From a virus: 64,000 nucleotides of DNA. Both the position numbers and the translations under genes were made by a program. Positions 16,717 through 26,797 of the stretch are shown here, piece by piece. The notes under the pieces are model-generated. The model made no database searches, had not been told where the DNA came from, and worked only from the letters and a program-made list of their open reading frames with translations. The first letter of the stretch is position 1, and every line of letters begins with the position of its first letter. The stretch is from the IMG/VR virus record IMGVR_UViG_3300023179_000057, positions 1-64,000 of that record; one strand, given 5' to 3'.

Positions 16717-18747
16717 ATGTCAGATACATTTTCTTTCCGTTTATTAGACGACTTTGTAGCAAAATATAAAGACGTTCCTGCACCATTTGGATTTTCAGAC
16801 GCAGGATCTAACTCTTTAGGAGAGATAACTTTTATAAGAACCTACTCTCGCATGAAAGAGGACGGTACAAAAGAAAGATGGTATGAAGTTTGTAAGCGTG
16901 TAATTGAGGGTATGTATTCAGTTCAAAAAAATCATGCCAAAGAAAATCGTTTGCCCTGGAATGACAATAAGGCTCAAAAGTCTGCCCAAGAGGCATTTCA
17001 AAGAATGTTTGAGTTAAAATGGACTCCACCAGGACGTGGCCTATGGGCTTTTGGAACTTCAATGACTATGGACAAACGTAACTCTGCTGCCCTGCAAAAT
17101 TGTGCAATGGTATCTACTCGTGATATTGATCGTAATGATCCAGGAGCCTTATTTGCTTGGGTAATGGATGCATTAATGTTAGGCATAGGTGTAGGGTTTG
17201 ATACTCTTGGACAAGAAAAAGAAATGTTAATTTATGCTCCAACAGAACCACCTTCAGTATATGAAATTCCTGATACTAGAGAAGGATGGGTTGAGTCTAT
17301 AAGATTATTAATAAACTCATACCTTCGTCCAAACCAACCCATACAACACTTCACATACGACCTTATTAGACCTTTAGGAGCGCCTATCAAAGGTTTTGGC
17401 GGAGTAGCCAGTGGTCCAGGACCATTAATAGATTTACATAACCGTATTACAAAAGTTGTAGGATCTAGAGCAGGAGAAAAGTTTGATTCTCGTGCAATAG
17501 TAGATATTGTTAACCTTATTGGTACCTGCGTTGTTTCTGGAAATGTTCGTCGTTCTGCTACTCTTGCTTTAGGAAATGCAGAAGACAAAGATTTTAGTAA
17601 TTTAAAAAATGCAAGTGTTTTTCCAGAACGTAACTCATATGATCCAGAAAATCCAGGATGGGCATGGATGTCTAATAACTCTATTGCTGCAGAAGTTGGA
17701 ACAAACTATGAAGATTATGTTGATTTAATTGCAGACAATGGAGAGCCAGGATTTATTTGGCTTGATGTTGCTCGTAATTATGGAAGACTTGCAGATGCAC
17801 CAGATGGAAAAGATTATCGTGTAATGGGTTTTAATCCATGTGCAGAACAACCATTAGAATCATACGAACTATGTACATTAGTAGAGGTTCACTTAAATCG
17901 TCATGAAGATAAAGAAGATTTTCTTCGTACACTAAAGTTTGCATATCTATATGGAAAGACTGTAACTTTGATGCCAACACATTGGCAAAATACAAATGGT
18001 ATTATGCAACGTAATCGTCGTATTGGAACATCTTTAACTGGTATTGCATCTTTTGCAGATACAAAAGGTATGCCAGCAGTTCGTGAATGGATGGACGAAG
18101 GATATAAAAAAATTAAAGCATACGATCATTCATACTCTGAATGGCTATGTGTACGTGAATCAATTCGTGTAACTACCGTCAAACCTTCAGGATCCGTTTC
18201 ACTACTTTCTGGTGCAACACCAGGAGTTCACTGGGGTCCAGGAGGAGCATTTTATCTACGTGCTATAAGGTTTGGAAATACAGATCCAATGCTTCATTTA
18301 TTCAAAGCAGCAGGGTATAAAGTTGAAGCAGATTTAGTTTCTGCCAACACTTCAGTAGTATATTTCCCAGTAGCATCTGGACATTCCCGTTCTGAAAAAG
18401 ATGTAAGTCTTTTTGAAAAGATTGGTTTGGCAGCAACTGCTCAAAAGTATTGGTCTGATAATGGAGTTTCTGTAACTCTATCTTTTGATAAAGAAACAGA
18501 GAAAAAACATGTTGCTCCAGCATTGCATCTTTATGAAGGTGAACTAAAGGCTGTTTCGTTTTTACCAATGGGCAATGAAACATTTCCTCAACAACCATAT
18601 AATAATATTACAAGAGAAGAATATAACTCTTATGTAGGTAAAATTGCCAAAATTGATTGGTCTGCAATTTATGATGGTGTAGAAAATCTAGAAGCACAAG
18701 GTGAAGCCTATTGCAGTACAGACGCTTGTGAGATAAAATTATACTAA
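16717..18747 (+). CDS. nrdJ: Class II adenosylcobalamin-dependent ribonucleotide reductase (monomeric RTPR type)
   Basis: PPGRGLW, LQNC, GNVRRSA, NPCAEQ, TTVKPSG, C-terminal CSTDAC. Confidence 0.93.
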   Translation: MSDTFSFRLLDDFVAKYKDVPAPFGFSDAGSNSLGEITFIRTYSRMKEDGTKERWYEVCKRVIEGMYSVQKNHAKENRLPWNDNKAQKSAQEAFQRMFELKWTPPGRGLWAFGTSMTMDKRNSAALQNCAMVSTRDIDRNDPGALFAWVMDALMLGIGVGFDTLGQEKEMLIYAPTEPPSVYEIPDTREGWVESIRLLINSYLRPNQPIQHFTYDLIRPLGAPIKGFGGVASGPGPLIDLHNRITKVVGSRAGEKFDSRAIVDIVNLIGTCVVSGNVRRSATLALGNAEDKDFSNLKNASVFPERNSYDPENPGWAWMSNNSIAAEVGTNYEDYVDLIADNGEPGFIWLDVARNYGRLADAPDGKDYRVMGFNPCAEQPLESYELCTLVEVHLNRHEDKEDFLRTLKFAYLYGKTVTLMPTHWQNTNGIMQRNRRIGTSLTGIASFADTKGMPAVREWMDEGYKKIKAYDHSYSEWLCVRESIRVTTVKPSGSVSLLSGATPGVHWGPGGAFYLRAIRFGNTDPMLHLFKAAGYKVEADLVSANTSVVYFPVASGHSRSEKDVSLFEKIGLAATAQKYWSDNGVSVTLSFDKETEKKHVAPALHLYEGELKAVSFLPMGNETFPQQPYNNITREEYNSYVGKIAKIDWSAIYDGVENLEAQGEAYCSTDACEIKLY

Positions 18748-18757
18748 GGGGGAATAA

Positions 18758-19210
18758 ATGAAAAGAACATTAATATCATTAGCAATTATTGTGTTAGCCT
18801 TTGTTGGATTGCAAGGCATAAATAAAACAGATAGCAGTTGTATAAATTTATATGTTGATTATGGCTCATTAGAAAATAAAACAAAATTAACTAAATGCAT
18901 AGAATCATCTAATAAAATTATTGCTTTAGATGTTTTAAGAAAAGCAAATTTAGAAATAGAGGGTACCAAGAAGTATGGCTTAGGAGTTGTTTGTAGAGTA
19001 AATGGTTTGCCAAATTCAAAAGTAGAGTCTTGTGAAGAAATGCCACCTGCAAATGCCTATTGGGCAATAATTGTAAAAGAAAAACAAGTTATTCCGTTTC
19101 CTAGAAAAGAATGGGGATGGGGACAACTTGCAATAGATCAACAATATTTAAACCCAGGAGATTCAATCGGTCTAGTCTGGGCTGACAATGGAAAGGTTGT
19201 GTTTCCATGA
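18758..19210 (+). CDS. Membrane-anchored/secreted transcobalamin-like (DUF4430-like) protein, putative cobalamin binder
   Basis: N-terminal hydrophobic helix; VDYG...ALDVL...EGT..YG..VCRVNGLP...C..PP..AYWA...W...PGD. Confidence 0.6.
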   Translation: MKRTLISLAIIVLAFVGLQGINKTDSSCINLYVDYGSLENKTKLTKCIESSNKIIALDVLRKANLEIEGTKKYGLGVVCRVNGLPNSKVESCEEMPPANAYWAIIVKEKQVIPFPRKEWGWGQLAIDQQYLNPGDSIGLVWADNGKVVFP

Positions 19211-19371
19211 AATTAAAACATAAAGTTTTAGATAATGTTATTTTTCTTCCACAAGAAAAAAAGAAATCAAACACTTTTCAAAACATTATTCAATTAGTAA
19301 CTATGCTTGTATTTTTAAATATAGCAAATAAAATAACTGTTGATATTTGGCGTTCTTTGACAGGGCACTAA
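19207..19371 (+). CDS. 54-aa small membrane protein (not in ORF track)
   Basis: ATGA overlap upstream and TAATG overlap downstream; hydrophobic IIQLVTMLVFLNIA. Confidence 0.6.
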   Translation: MKLKHKVLDNVIFLPQEKKKSNTFQNIIQLVTMLVFLNIANKITVDIWRSLTGH

Positions 19372-19865
19372 TGGTTCATTTAACTCGCATATACACAAAA
19401 ACTGGAGATGATGGAAAAACCTCTACTGCTACAAATGAAAGAATAGACAAAAGCAGTTCTTTAATTGAGGCAATTGGCGCAGTAGATGAGGCCAACTCTG
19501 CAATCGGAATGGCCACGGAATATCATAATGACATCATAGATAGAATCCAAAGCGATCTATTTGATCTTGGTGCAGAGTTATCTGGTGCCCCAACAATAAC
19601 AATATCAGAAGATAGAATTGTTTATCTAGAAAACATAATTGATGATTACAATGAATACTTAGAGCCACTTCACTCTTTTGTTTTGCCTACAGGTCCTCTT
19701 CATAATGCAAGGACTATTGTGAGAAGAGCAGAACGAGAGGTCTGGAAGGTAGAAGGCATAAATATAAACATTGCAAAATATTTAAATAGGCTATCAGATT
19801 TACTTTTCGTAATGGCAAGGTATCATAACAAGGGTAATGAAAAGTTGTGGATTCCTAGAAATTAA
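19371..19865 (+). CDS. pduO: PduO-type ATP:cob(I)alamin adenosyltransferase
   Basis: IYTKTGDDG.T, G.VDEANS.IG, Q..LFDLGAEL, FVLP, RTIVRRAER, YLNRLSDLLFV.AR. Confidence 0.93.
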   Translation: MVHLTRIYTKTGDDGKTSTATNERIDKSSSLIEAIGAVDEANSAIGMATEYHNDIIDRIQSDLFDLGAELSGAPTITISEDRIVYLENIIDDYNEYLEPLHSFVLPTGPLHNARTIVRRAEREVWKVEGININIAKYLNRLSDLLFVMARYHNKGNEKLWIPRN

Positions 19866-19900
19866 TCTCTACCCTGCTATAATAAGGGTATAGGAGAAAA

Positions 19901-22900
19901 ATGTCTAACCCATCAAATTTATATGCAGAAAAAATATATTCTGAGCACCCGCTAGTTTTATGGGCATTAGATGACAAACTAGATTATCTTAGCCTTATTT
20001 CTGAATCAGAACGTCAAATATATGATTCTTGGACTGTAAATGATGCAACAGCAACTTTAGAATCTAGTTCACTTGATGAGCCATTTCCTGACAGTGCAAT
20101 GACGTTAGTTGAGGTAGATGTCCCAATATCAGAAAATCTTGAGTCTTCATTTATAAGTCCAAACCTACTTAATTTTAATGAATTAGCAGAACTTGGAAGT
20201 TTTACTGTTGGATCTTATTTTTATTCTAATAGTGTTTTTTTACAAAGTGTTTCTATAGGATATGAATATACAGATCCAAGTACATCAGCAGTTATTCAAA
20301 ATTTAAAAACTTTTACAACTACACTTTATCAAAGATGGGGTTTTATTTCTGAGACATTTGAAATACCAAATGTTTCTGCACAACTTAGAATTGTTATTAA
20401 GGTTAAAGTTTTTGAAGGATCTGCAGGCCCAGAAGACAATCAATTTTATTTTAATGGCATTACTCTTGGCCAATGGAATGAAGAATTTAATACATATTCT
20501 TTAAATGGAACTACTACAACAACTATTCCTTCTTCAGTTAGTGTTTATGGTGGATCAACTGCAGTAGAAGCACAAGCATACGGAATTGCCGAAGATTCTG
20601 GATATTATCTTGCAGATAGTCGTTTAATTTGTCAAAATATTGGAATTCCATTAGTTTATGGAGCAAGTGGTGTAACAAGAATACAGCCAACAGGAGGTGC
20701 ATCTTTAATAATTCCAGGCAAAGGATTTTTAAATAAAAAGGGACAATATAACGAATATACCGTTGAATTTTGGATGAGAGTTTTGGCAAATACTTCTATA
20801 CCATTTAAAATATTTGGACCTATTGCGTCAGATGATGGATTATATGTTGAAGATGGATTTTTAACTTTAGTTATTGGAGATCAGTTTGCTTCACATTTTA
20901 TTGGTGAATGGTTTAGACCAATGCTTATTCATATTCGTATTATTAGAAATTTAGCATCATTATTGGTTAATGGAGAAGAGGTTTTATCTTTATCTCTAGA
21001 TACAGATAATTTAAATTTACCAGATGAACTTGATAATGTTGGAGATAGTCAAGACTGGTTAGGTTTTTATGCAAGCACAGATGTATATCCTTTTGAAATT
21101 GATTGTGTTGCAATTTATTCTTATCAAGTTCCAATTACCGTGGCAAAACGTAGATGGGTTTATGGACAAGGAGTTATATCACCAGAAGGAATTAACTCTG
21201 CATACGGAGGAACAACCGCTTTTATAGATTATCCATTTGCTAATTACACAGCAAATTATAATTATCCAGATTTTGCTGGATGGGATCAAGGTACTTTTGA
21301 TAACTTAACAACAACTCAAACAACTTTAAGAACTCCAACATACTCATTACCTGAAATATTTATAGGAACAAAAACATTACAAGAACTATATAGTGATAAT
21401 CAAGATATTCAAGATAATGAGTCTGGCCCAGTTATTTCTGATAAATTTTTATCATTTAGACCAAATAACACTTGGAACGCTATAGACTCCTATATAAATT
21501 TTGATAGATTTAATCCACTAGCAAATGAGGCAAACAGTTTCTACGGTGTTTTTAGTTCACATAACTTATCTTCTGAAGAAATATTATTTAAAATATATAA
21601 TCCTTTAAATACTAATAATTATTTTTTAATAACAAAAGACGCAGATGAAATTAAATACTCTTTGTCTTATAATGATGAAATAGAGTTATTATTTACATCA
21701 GATCCTATTAGTGCTAATCAACTTTTTGCGGTAGGAATAAACATTGAAACACTTTCTAACGGCAATAGCAATGTAAATGCATTTTTTGGAAATCAAAGTT
21801 CATTAAAGATGTATGTGGCTGGAGACGATTCTGGAGAGTATGCGTTTACAGGCAGGATTTATTCTATTGGAATATCTACAGTTTTAAATTCTAATAAGAT
21901 TTCTGATAACTTTGATGAAAATGGATTTATTGTTTTAGAAGATGGACAAACACTGATTGATCATACTGCCAGTTATACTCTTTTGCCATCAGAAGCATAT
22001 CAAAAATATTTCTTAGATATTGGAGTTTCTGGGTATTGGCAAGACTATTTACCTCTTTCTTATTTTGGTCAATTTGTAGAAAATAGCAATGGTCAAAAGT
22101 TTTATGATTTAGACTTTATTCAATTTAACTTAGGATATCCAACCACTACTACGTTGGTTGAAGAGTCTGGTGCCACTGGATATTATTATGATACAACTGG
22201 AGCACAAATAAAAAGTTATGCTACTTTTCAATATGTTGAAGATGGGGCAAACATTCCAACTTCTTTTGCTAATGAGCAAAAACTAAATGAATATAAAATT
22301 CTTGATATGGCAAATTATGAAGACTGGGAAACAACAAGATTTGAAATTTTAAATAATACATTAATTTATCCTATAAAGACTGAAGACTTTAATACTCTTG
22401 CAATTGTATATAGTCTTGAGTTTGATAGTCGTGGTATTTTAACAAAACCAATATTATTAAATAGGTTACAGTTTGCCTCTCAAGCATTAAACGATAACTC
22501 TTCTAATCCAGTAGGTACCAGGTTTGGAGTAGACCTTATACCTTATAAAAAGAACGGTATTTATTATAACTATAAGTCTAAAAATCCATTTAGTATATAT
22601 AAAGAAAGTATGCCATATTTATATTTAACAAAAACTTCTGGAATTGAGGTTCGTGGAGAATTAAATATTCTTGAAAATCGTGGGCTATCTCTTCCTATTA
22701 ATAAAGAGTTAGCAACAAATTATAAAGTTAGCGCTATGCAATTATGGATGAATTACAATAAAGAAGAATTTCCAACAACGGCTACTGAGATTTTTGAAAT
22801 TAATCATAAAGACGGAACTCTTAAATTTTACCTACAGGCTAATAGTACAGACTTAAACAGGGGTAGGGTATTTGTTTTAAATGAAAATGGAGTTCCATAT

Positions 22901-23365
22901 AATGGAGTTGCATTTTATTTAAATGGTAGTTTAGTTAGAGAGCCAGTTTTATCATTAAAAGACTGGTCTGCAATAGGAATTTCATTTTTAACTTCCCTTG
23001 TTTTTAGTTCATATCTTGGAAATATAAATCTTACAGGCCCAGCCCTGTTTAATAATATTGCTTATTACCAGGCAAGTAGCATACAAGAAATTCAAAGTAC
23101 TACCTTAAATCCATGGTTTAAGGTATTAACAGACGGAACTACTGTTTTTGATTGGCAATATTGGTTGAATAACTATACTTGGGAAGGAATGTTAGTCCTT
23201 GGATCATCAGAATTTTATAATATTAATCCATCTGACATTTACAAAACATATATAGGAACAAATAAAATTATTGTTGATGATGAAGAGGGTTTAATATACC
23301 AGGCTGAAAAAATGAAGGTATATAAAGACGTAGAATGGTCAACCACTGTATCAACACCAGTATAG
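19901..23365 (+). CDS. Large virion protein with LamG/concanavalin-like domains
   Basis: P.VLWALDD, YTVEFW, LLVNGE, IDCVAIY; 1154 aa. Confidence 0.65.
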   Translation: MSNPSNLYAEKIYSEHPLVLWALDDKLDYLSLISESERQIYDSWTVNDATATLESSSLDEPFPDSAMTLVEVDVPISENLESSFISPNLLNFNELAELGSFTVGSYFYSNSVFLQSVSIGYEYTDPSTSAVIQNLKTFTTTLYQRWGFISETFEIPNVSAQLRIVIKVKVFEGSAGPEDNQFYFNGITLGQWNEEFNTYSLNGTTTTTIPSSVSVYGGSTAVEAQAYGIAEDSGYYLADSRLICQNIGIPLVYGASGVTRIQPTGGASLIIPGKGFLNKKGQYNEYTVEFWMRVLANTSIPFKIFGPIASDDGLYVEDGFLTLVIGDQFASHFIGEWFRPMLIHIRIIRNLASLLVNGEEVLSLSLDTDNLNLPDELDNVGDSQDWLGFYASTDVYPFEIDCVAIYSYQVPITVAKRRWVYGQGVISPEGINSAYGGTTAFIDYPFANYTANYNYPDFAGWDQGTFDNLTTTQTTLRTPTYSLPEIFIGTKTLQELYSDNQDIQDNESGPVISDKFLSFRPNNTWNAIDSYINFDRFNPLANEANSFYGVFSSHNLSSEEILFKIYNPLNTNNYFLITKDADEIKYSLSYNDEIELLFTSDPISANQLFAVGINIETLSNGNSNVNAFFGNQSSLKMYVAGDDSGEYAFTGRIYSIGISTVLNSNKISDNFDENGFIVLEDGQTLIDHTASYTLLPSEAYQKYFLDIGVSGYWQDYLPLSYFGQFVENSNGQKFYDLDFIQFNLGYPTTTTLVEESGATGYYYDTTGAQIKSYATFQYVEDGANIPTSFANEQKLNEYKILDMANYEDWETTRFEILNNTLIYPIKTEDFNTLAIVYSLEFDSRGILTKPILLNRLQFASQALNDNSSNPVGTRFGVDLIPYKKNGIYYNYKSKNPFSIYKESMPYLYLTKTSGIEVRGELNILENRGLSLPINKELATNYKVSAMQLWMNYNKEEFPTTATEIFEINHKDGTLKFYLQANSTDLNRGRVFVLNENGVPYNGVAFYLNGSLVREPVLSLKDWSAIGISFLTSLVFSSYLGNINLTGPALFNNIAYYQASSIQEIQSTTLNPWFKVLTDGTTVFDWQYWLNNYTWEGMLVLGSSEFYNINPSDIYKTYIGTNKIIVDDEEGLIYQAEKMKVYKDVEWSTTVSTPV

Positions 23366-23383
23366 TCTGCTATACTTATGGTT

Positions 23384-23779
23384 ATGGAATCGTTAATTAA
23401 TCCAAAAACTGGTCAACCTTATGTAAAAAATGTTCGTCGTAAGGTCATAGATAAACATTATGACTGGGGCCTTTATGTATACAAAAAGTCTAATGGTAAA
23501 TGGTTTACAGACGATAGTGGTTCAATTTTAAATATTCCTGCAGATCGTGGAGATTTATCTAAGATTGCAGAGTTACGAAAAGTTGCTATGCACTATGGAG
23601 ACGATGGTGAGGGCAAGGCTGTGTTTGTTCCTGGACTTACTAGAATTAGCGAAGAAGAGTATTCAGAACAAAAAGAGAGAATGAGAGAAGGATTAATTCC
23701 TTCAATGAATGACTTGGGTGCTTGGCATGCAGCACAACAAACATTAGATAAATATGGAAAGGACGCTGTAAATGAGTGA
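23384..23779 (+). CDS. Hypothetical protein upstream of portal
   Basis: Promoter TGCTATACT 23368-23376; overlaps portal start. Confidence 0.7.
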   Translation: MESLINPKTGQPYVKNVRRKVIDKHYDWGLYVYKKSNGKWFTDDSGSILNIPADRGDLSKIAELRKVAMHYGDDGEGKAVFVPGLTRISEEEYSEQKERMREGLIPSMNDLGAWHAAQQTLDKYGKDAVNE

Positions 23780-25379
23780 CCAAGAAGAATACATTCGTGC
23801 AGGTCTTAATACCCAAACTAAAGAAGAAAGTCCTTTTAAGCATCAAGATCCATTTAATAAAAGTTGGGATGACTTAAAAGATTATTCTGGCTTAGATCAA
23901 AATTTTCGTCGCAGAACAACTCGTAATCTTTCAAAATACATTAGCCCAGAAACAAATCAGGCATATTTAAATGCAGCAAACGTTACACCTTCAGGAGTAG
24001 ATGCAAGTTCAAAACAGATTAATCCTGGCACGGTATATAGAAATGGCTACGGACTATTTGATGTAATTACTCCACCATATAACATGTACGAACTGGCAAA
24101 CTTCTATGACACATCATTTGCTAACCATGCTGCTATTGATGCTAAGGTAGAAAATGTTGTAGGTCTTGGATACCGCTTTGATATTTCAGATAGAACGATG
24201 TTAAGGTTTGAAATGAATGAAGATCAAGCAGCCGTAGATCGTGCTCGTAATCGTATTGAAAGAGCCAAGATTCAATTACGTGATTGGCTAGAAAGTTTAA
24301 ATGATGATGATAGTTTTACAAAGACTATGGAAAAGGTATATACAGATCTTCAAGCAACTGGTAATGGATTTATTGAAGTAGGTAGAACTGTTGCTGGAGA
24401 TATTGGATATGTTGGACATATTCCAGCAACGACTGTTCGTGTACGTCGTTTACGTGATGGTTTTATTCAAATTATTGGTCAAAAGGTAGTTTATTTTAGA
24501 AACTTTGGTGCAAAGAATGCAAATCCTATGGGCACAGACCCAAGGCCAAATGAGATTATTCATCTTAAAGAATATTCTCCTTTAAACACATTTTATGGTA
24601 TTCCAGATATTGTTGCAGCAATGCCATCTTTAATTGGAGATCAACTAGCATCTCAATACAACATTGATTATTTTGAAAACAAGGCAGTCCCAAGATACGT
24701 AGTAACCTTAAAGGGTGCAAAACTATCAGGCGACGCTGAAGACAAAATGTTTAGATTCTTACAGACTGGACTTAAGGCTCAATCACACAGAACTCTGTAT
24801 ATTCCACTTCCTGGAGATAGTGATGGTAATAAGGTTGAATTTAAGATGGAGCCAATTGAAAATGGCATCCAAGAGGGATCATTTAAAGAGTATCGTAAAC
24901 AAAATCGTGATGATATTTTAATTGCCCATCAGGTTCCTATTTCAAAACTTGGTGGTGCAGATTCTGCAGGTATTGCAGCAGCATTATCTCAAGATCGTAC
25001 ATTTAAAGAGCAAGTGTCTCGTCCAGCACAAAGACATTTAGAAAAAATTGTCAATAAGATTATAAAAGAAAAAACAGATATTCTTGAACTTAAGTTTAAT
25101 GAATTAACCCTAACTGATGAAATTGCACAATCTCAAATTCTTGAAAGATATGTAAAGACTCAGGTTATGACTCCAAATGAGGCTCGTGAAAAGTTAGACT
25201 TGCCACAAAGGTCAGATGGGGATAATCCATTTATTATGTCTCCAAGACAAGCAACTGATGCTAGAGCAAATTTGGCAGGGACTCGTCAAAGAGATTCTGA
25301 AAGAACAAATAATAATTCTGACTCATCTACAACTATCTCTGGAAGAAATCCACAAGGTGAAGGTAGATCGTCTCAATAG
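23772..25379 (+). CDS. Portal protein
   Basis: TGNGFIEV.R, EIIHLK.YSP...YGIP, YFEN.A.P, MTPNEARE.L.LP. Confidence 0.9.
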   Translation: MSDQEEYIRAGLNTQTKEESPFKHQDPFNKSWDDLKDYSGLDQNFRRRTTRNLSKYISPETNQAYLNAANVTPSGVDASSKQINPGTVYRNGYGLFDVITPPYNMYELANFYDTSFANHAAIDAKVENVVGLGYRFDISDRTMLRFEMNEDQAAVDRARNRIERAKIQLRDWLESLNDDDSFTKTMEKVYTDLQATGNGFIEVGRTVAGDIGYVGHIPATTVRVRRLRDGFIQIIGQKVVYFRNFGAKNANPMGTDPRPNEIIHLKEYSPLNTFYGIPDIVAAMPSLIGDQLASQYNIDYFENKAVPRYVVTLKGAKLSGDAEDKMFRFLQTGLKAQSHRTLYIPLPGDSDGNKVEFKMEPIENGIQEGSFKEYRKQNRDDILIAHQVPISKLGGADSAGIAAALSQDRTFKEQVSRPAQRHLEKIVNKIIKEKTDILELKFNELTLTDEIAQSQILERYVKTQVMTPNEAREKLDLPQRSDGDNPFIMSPRQATDARANLAGTRQRDSERTNNNSDSSTTISGRNPQGEGRSSQ

Positions 25380-25419
25380 TTGAGAAAACGCTATAAAGCG
25401 GTGCTATAATTATAACGTT

Positions 25420-26769
25420 ATGTTAACAAACAAGGCTCATTGGGAAACTAAAGGCAACAATGTTCGCCTTTCAATGCCCATCGGAAAAGTAGACGTTGAA
25501 CGCCGTATGGTGTCTGGCTTTGCTACGCTTGATAATGTTGATCGTCAAGGTGACATTGTTACGACAGAGTCTAGTATAGAGGCTTTTAAAAATTTCCGTG
25601 GTAATCTTCGTGAAATGCATCAGCCAAGTGCTGTAGGAAAAATTGTTTCATTTAAAGAAGATAAGTACTTTGATCCTAACGATAAGAAGTTTTATAGCGG
25701 AGTTTATGTGTCTGCCTATGTTTCTAAAGGTGCACAAGATGCTTGGGAAAAAGTATTAGACGGAACATATACTGGTTTTTCAATTGGCGGTAACATTAAA
25801 ACTTGGGATGATGCTTATGATGAGAAGATTGATAAAACAATTCGTGTAATTAAAACTTATGAACTACATGAACTATCTCTTGTAGATAATCCAGCAAATC
25901 AATTTGCAAATATTCTGTCTATTGAAAAAGTAAATGGTCAAAATGTTGTTGAAGGTTACCTATCAAAGACAGAAATTGAAAACGTATTTTGGGATTCAGA
26001 AAACGGTATTGTTATGGTATCGGAGTCTGACTCAGTAACAAGTCCAGTAACTGGAAACAAAATGCAAAATATTGGTTTTATAGAAAAGAATGATAAAGAT
26101 AACGCAGAAATGATAAAATTCTTAGTTGATAGTGCTAAAGGCATTAATACAATTAAGATTACTAAGGAGGTAAATCCAATGACAGAATCAACAGAAGCAG
26201 TTGTAGAAACTGCAGTTGAAAATGCAGAGGTTGCTCCAGAGGCACAGCCAGCAGAGGTAAATGCAGAAGCAGCAGTTGTTGCAGAAGCAGAAGCAATCGT
26301 TGCAGAAGCAACAGAAACCCCTGCAGTCGCTGAGGAAGCACCAGCAGTTGAAGAACTTGCTGTTGCTAAATCAGATGGCGCTAGTGCAGACTCTACTGTT
26401 GTAAAAGCAGCAGTTGAGGTAGAGAATGCAGTGGAAAAGTCTATTGCAGATGTTAAAGAAGAAGTTGCTAAGGCAGTTTCAGAAATTAATACTTCTCTTA
26501 CTAATGCCTTTGGCGATCTTGCTGCAACTATCAAATCTCTTAATGAGAAGGTAACAGCAGTAACAAAATCTCTTGATGCAGTAACAGCAGATGTTAACGG
26601 TATTAAGAGCAACTTTAACGAGTTTGGCAAGCGAGTAGATCTTGTAGAACAAGACACTGCTTTCCGCAAGTCTGGCGATCTAGGCGAGATCGTGCAGGAA
26701 TCACCACAAGTGGTTCAAAAATCCCTATGGGGCGGTCGTTTCCTCACAAATGCCGACCTATTTAACTAA
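25420..26769 (+). CDS. Prohead protease fused to scaffold domain
   Basis: VSGFAT..VD..GD, REMH, GFSIGG, ELSLVD.PAN; Ala/Glu-rich coiled-coil C-terminus. Confidence 0.88.
   Translation: MLTNKAHWETKGNNVRLSMPIGKVDVERRMVSGFATLDNVDRQGDIVTTESSIEAFKNFRGNLREMHQPSAVGKIVSFKEDKYFDPNDKKFYSGVYVSAYVSKGAQDAWEKVLDGTYTGFSIGGNIKTWDDAYDEKIDKTIRVIKTYELHELSLVDNPANQFANILSIEKVNGQNVVEGYLSKTEIENVFWDSENGIVMVSESDSVTSPVTGNKMQNIGFIEKNDKDNAEMIKFLVDSAKGINTIKITKEVNPMTESTEAVVETAVENAEVAPEAQPAEVNAEAAVVAEAEAIVAEATETPAVAEEAPAVEELAVAKSDGASADSTVVKAAVEVENAVEKSIADVKEEVAKAVSEINTSLTNAFGDLAATIKSLNEKVTAVTKSLDAVTADVNGIKSNFNEFGKRVDLVEQDTAFRKSGDLGEIVQESPQVVQKSLWGGRFLTNADLFN
26179..26769 (+). CDS. Nested in-frame scaffold protein (internal start)
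   Basis: AAGGAGG at 26164-26170, 8 nt before an in-frame ATG at the domain boundary. Confidence 0.65.
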   Translation: MTESTEAVVETAVENAEVAPEAQPAEVNAEAAVVAEAEAIVAEATETPAVAEEAPAVEELAVAKSDGASADSTVVKAAVEVENAVEKSIADVKEEVAKAVSEINTSLTNAFGDLAATIKSLNEKVTAVTKSLDAVTADVNGIKSNFNEFGKRVDLVEQDTAFRKSGDLGEIVQESPQVVQKSLWGGRFLTNADLFN

Positions 26770-26797
26770 GGTAAAAATCACTAGGAGGTGAAAAATA

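Noticed and set aside
19347-19370. ORF-track TTG start for pduO
   Set aside because: ATG at 19371 couples to the upstream stop and matches the family N-terminus
25956-26669. 237-aa antisense ORF (also 15736-16278, 37118-37594 and many shorter ones)
   Set aside because: Shadow frames of Ala/Thr-rich sense genes; no RBS or motifs
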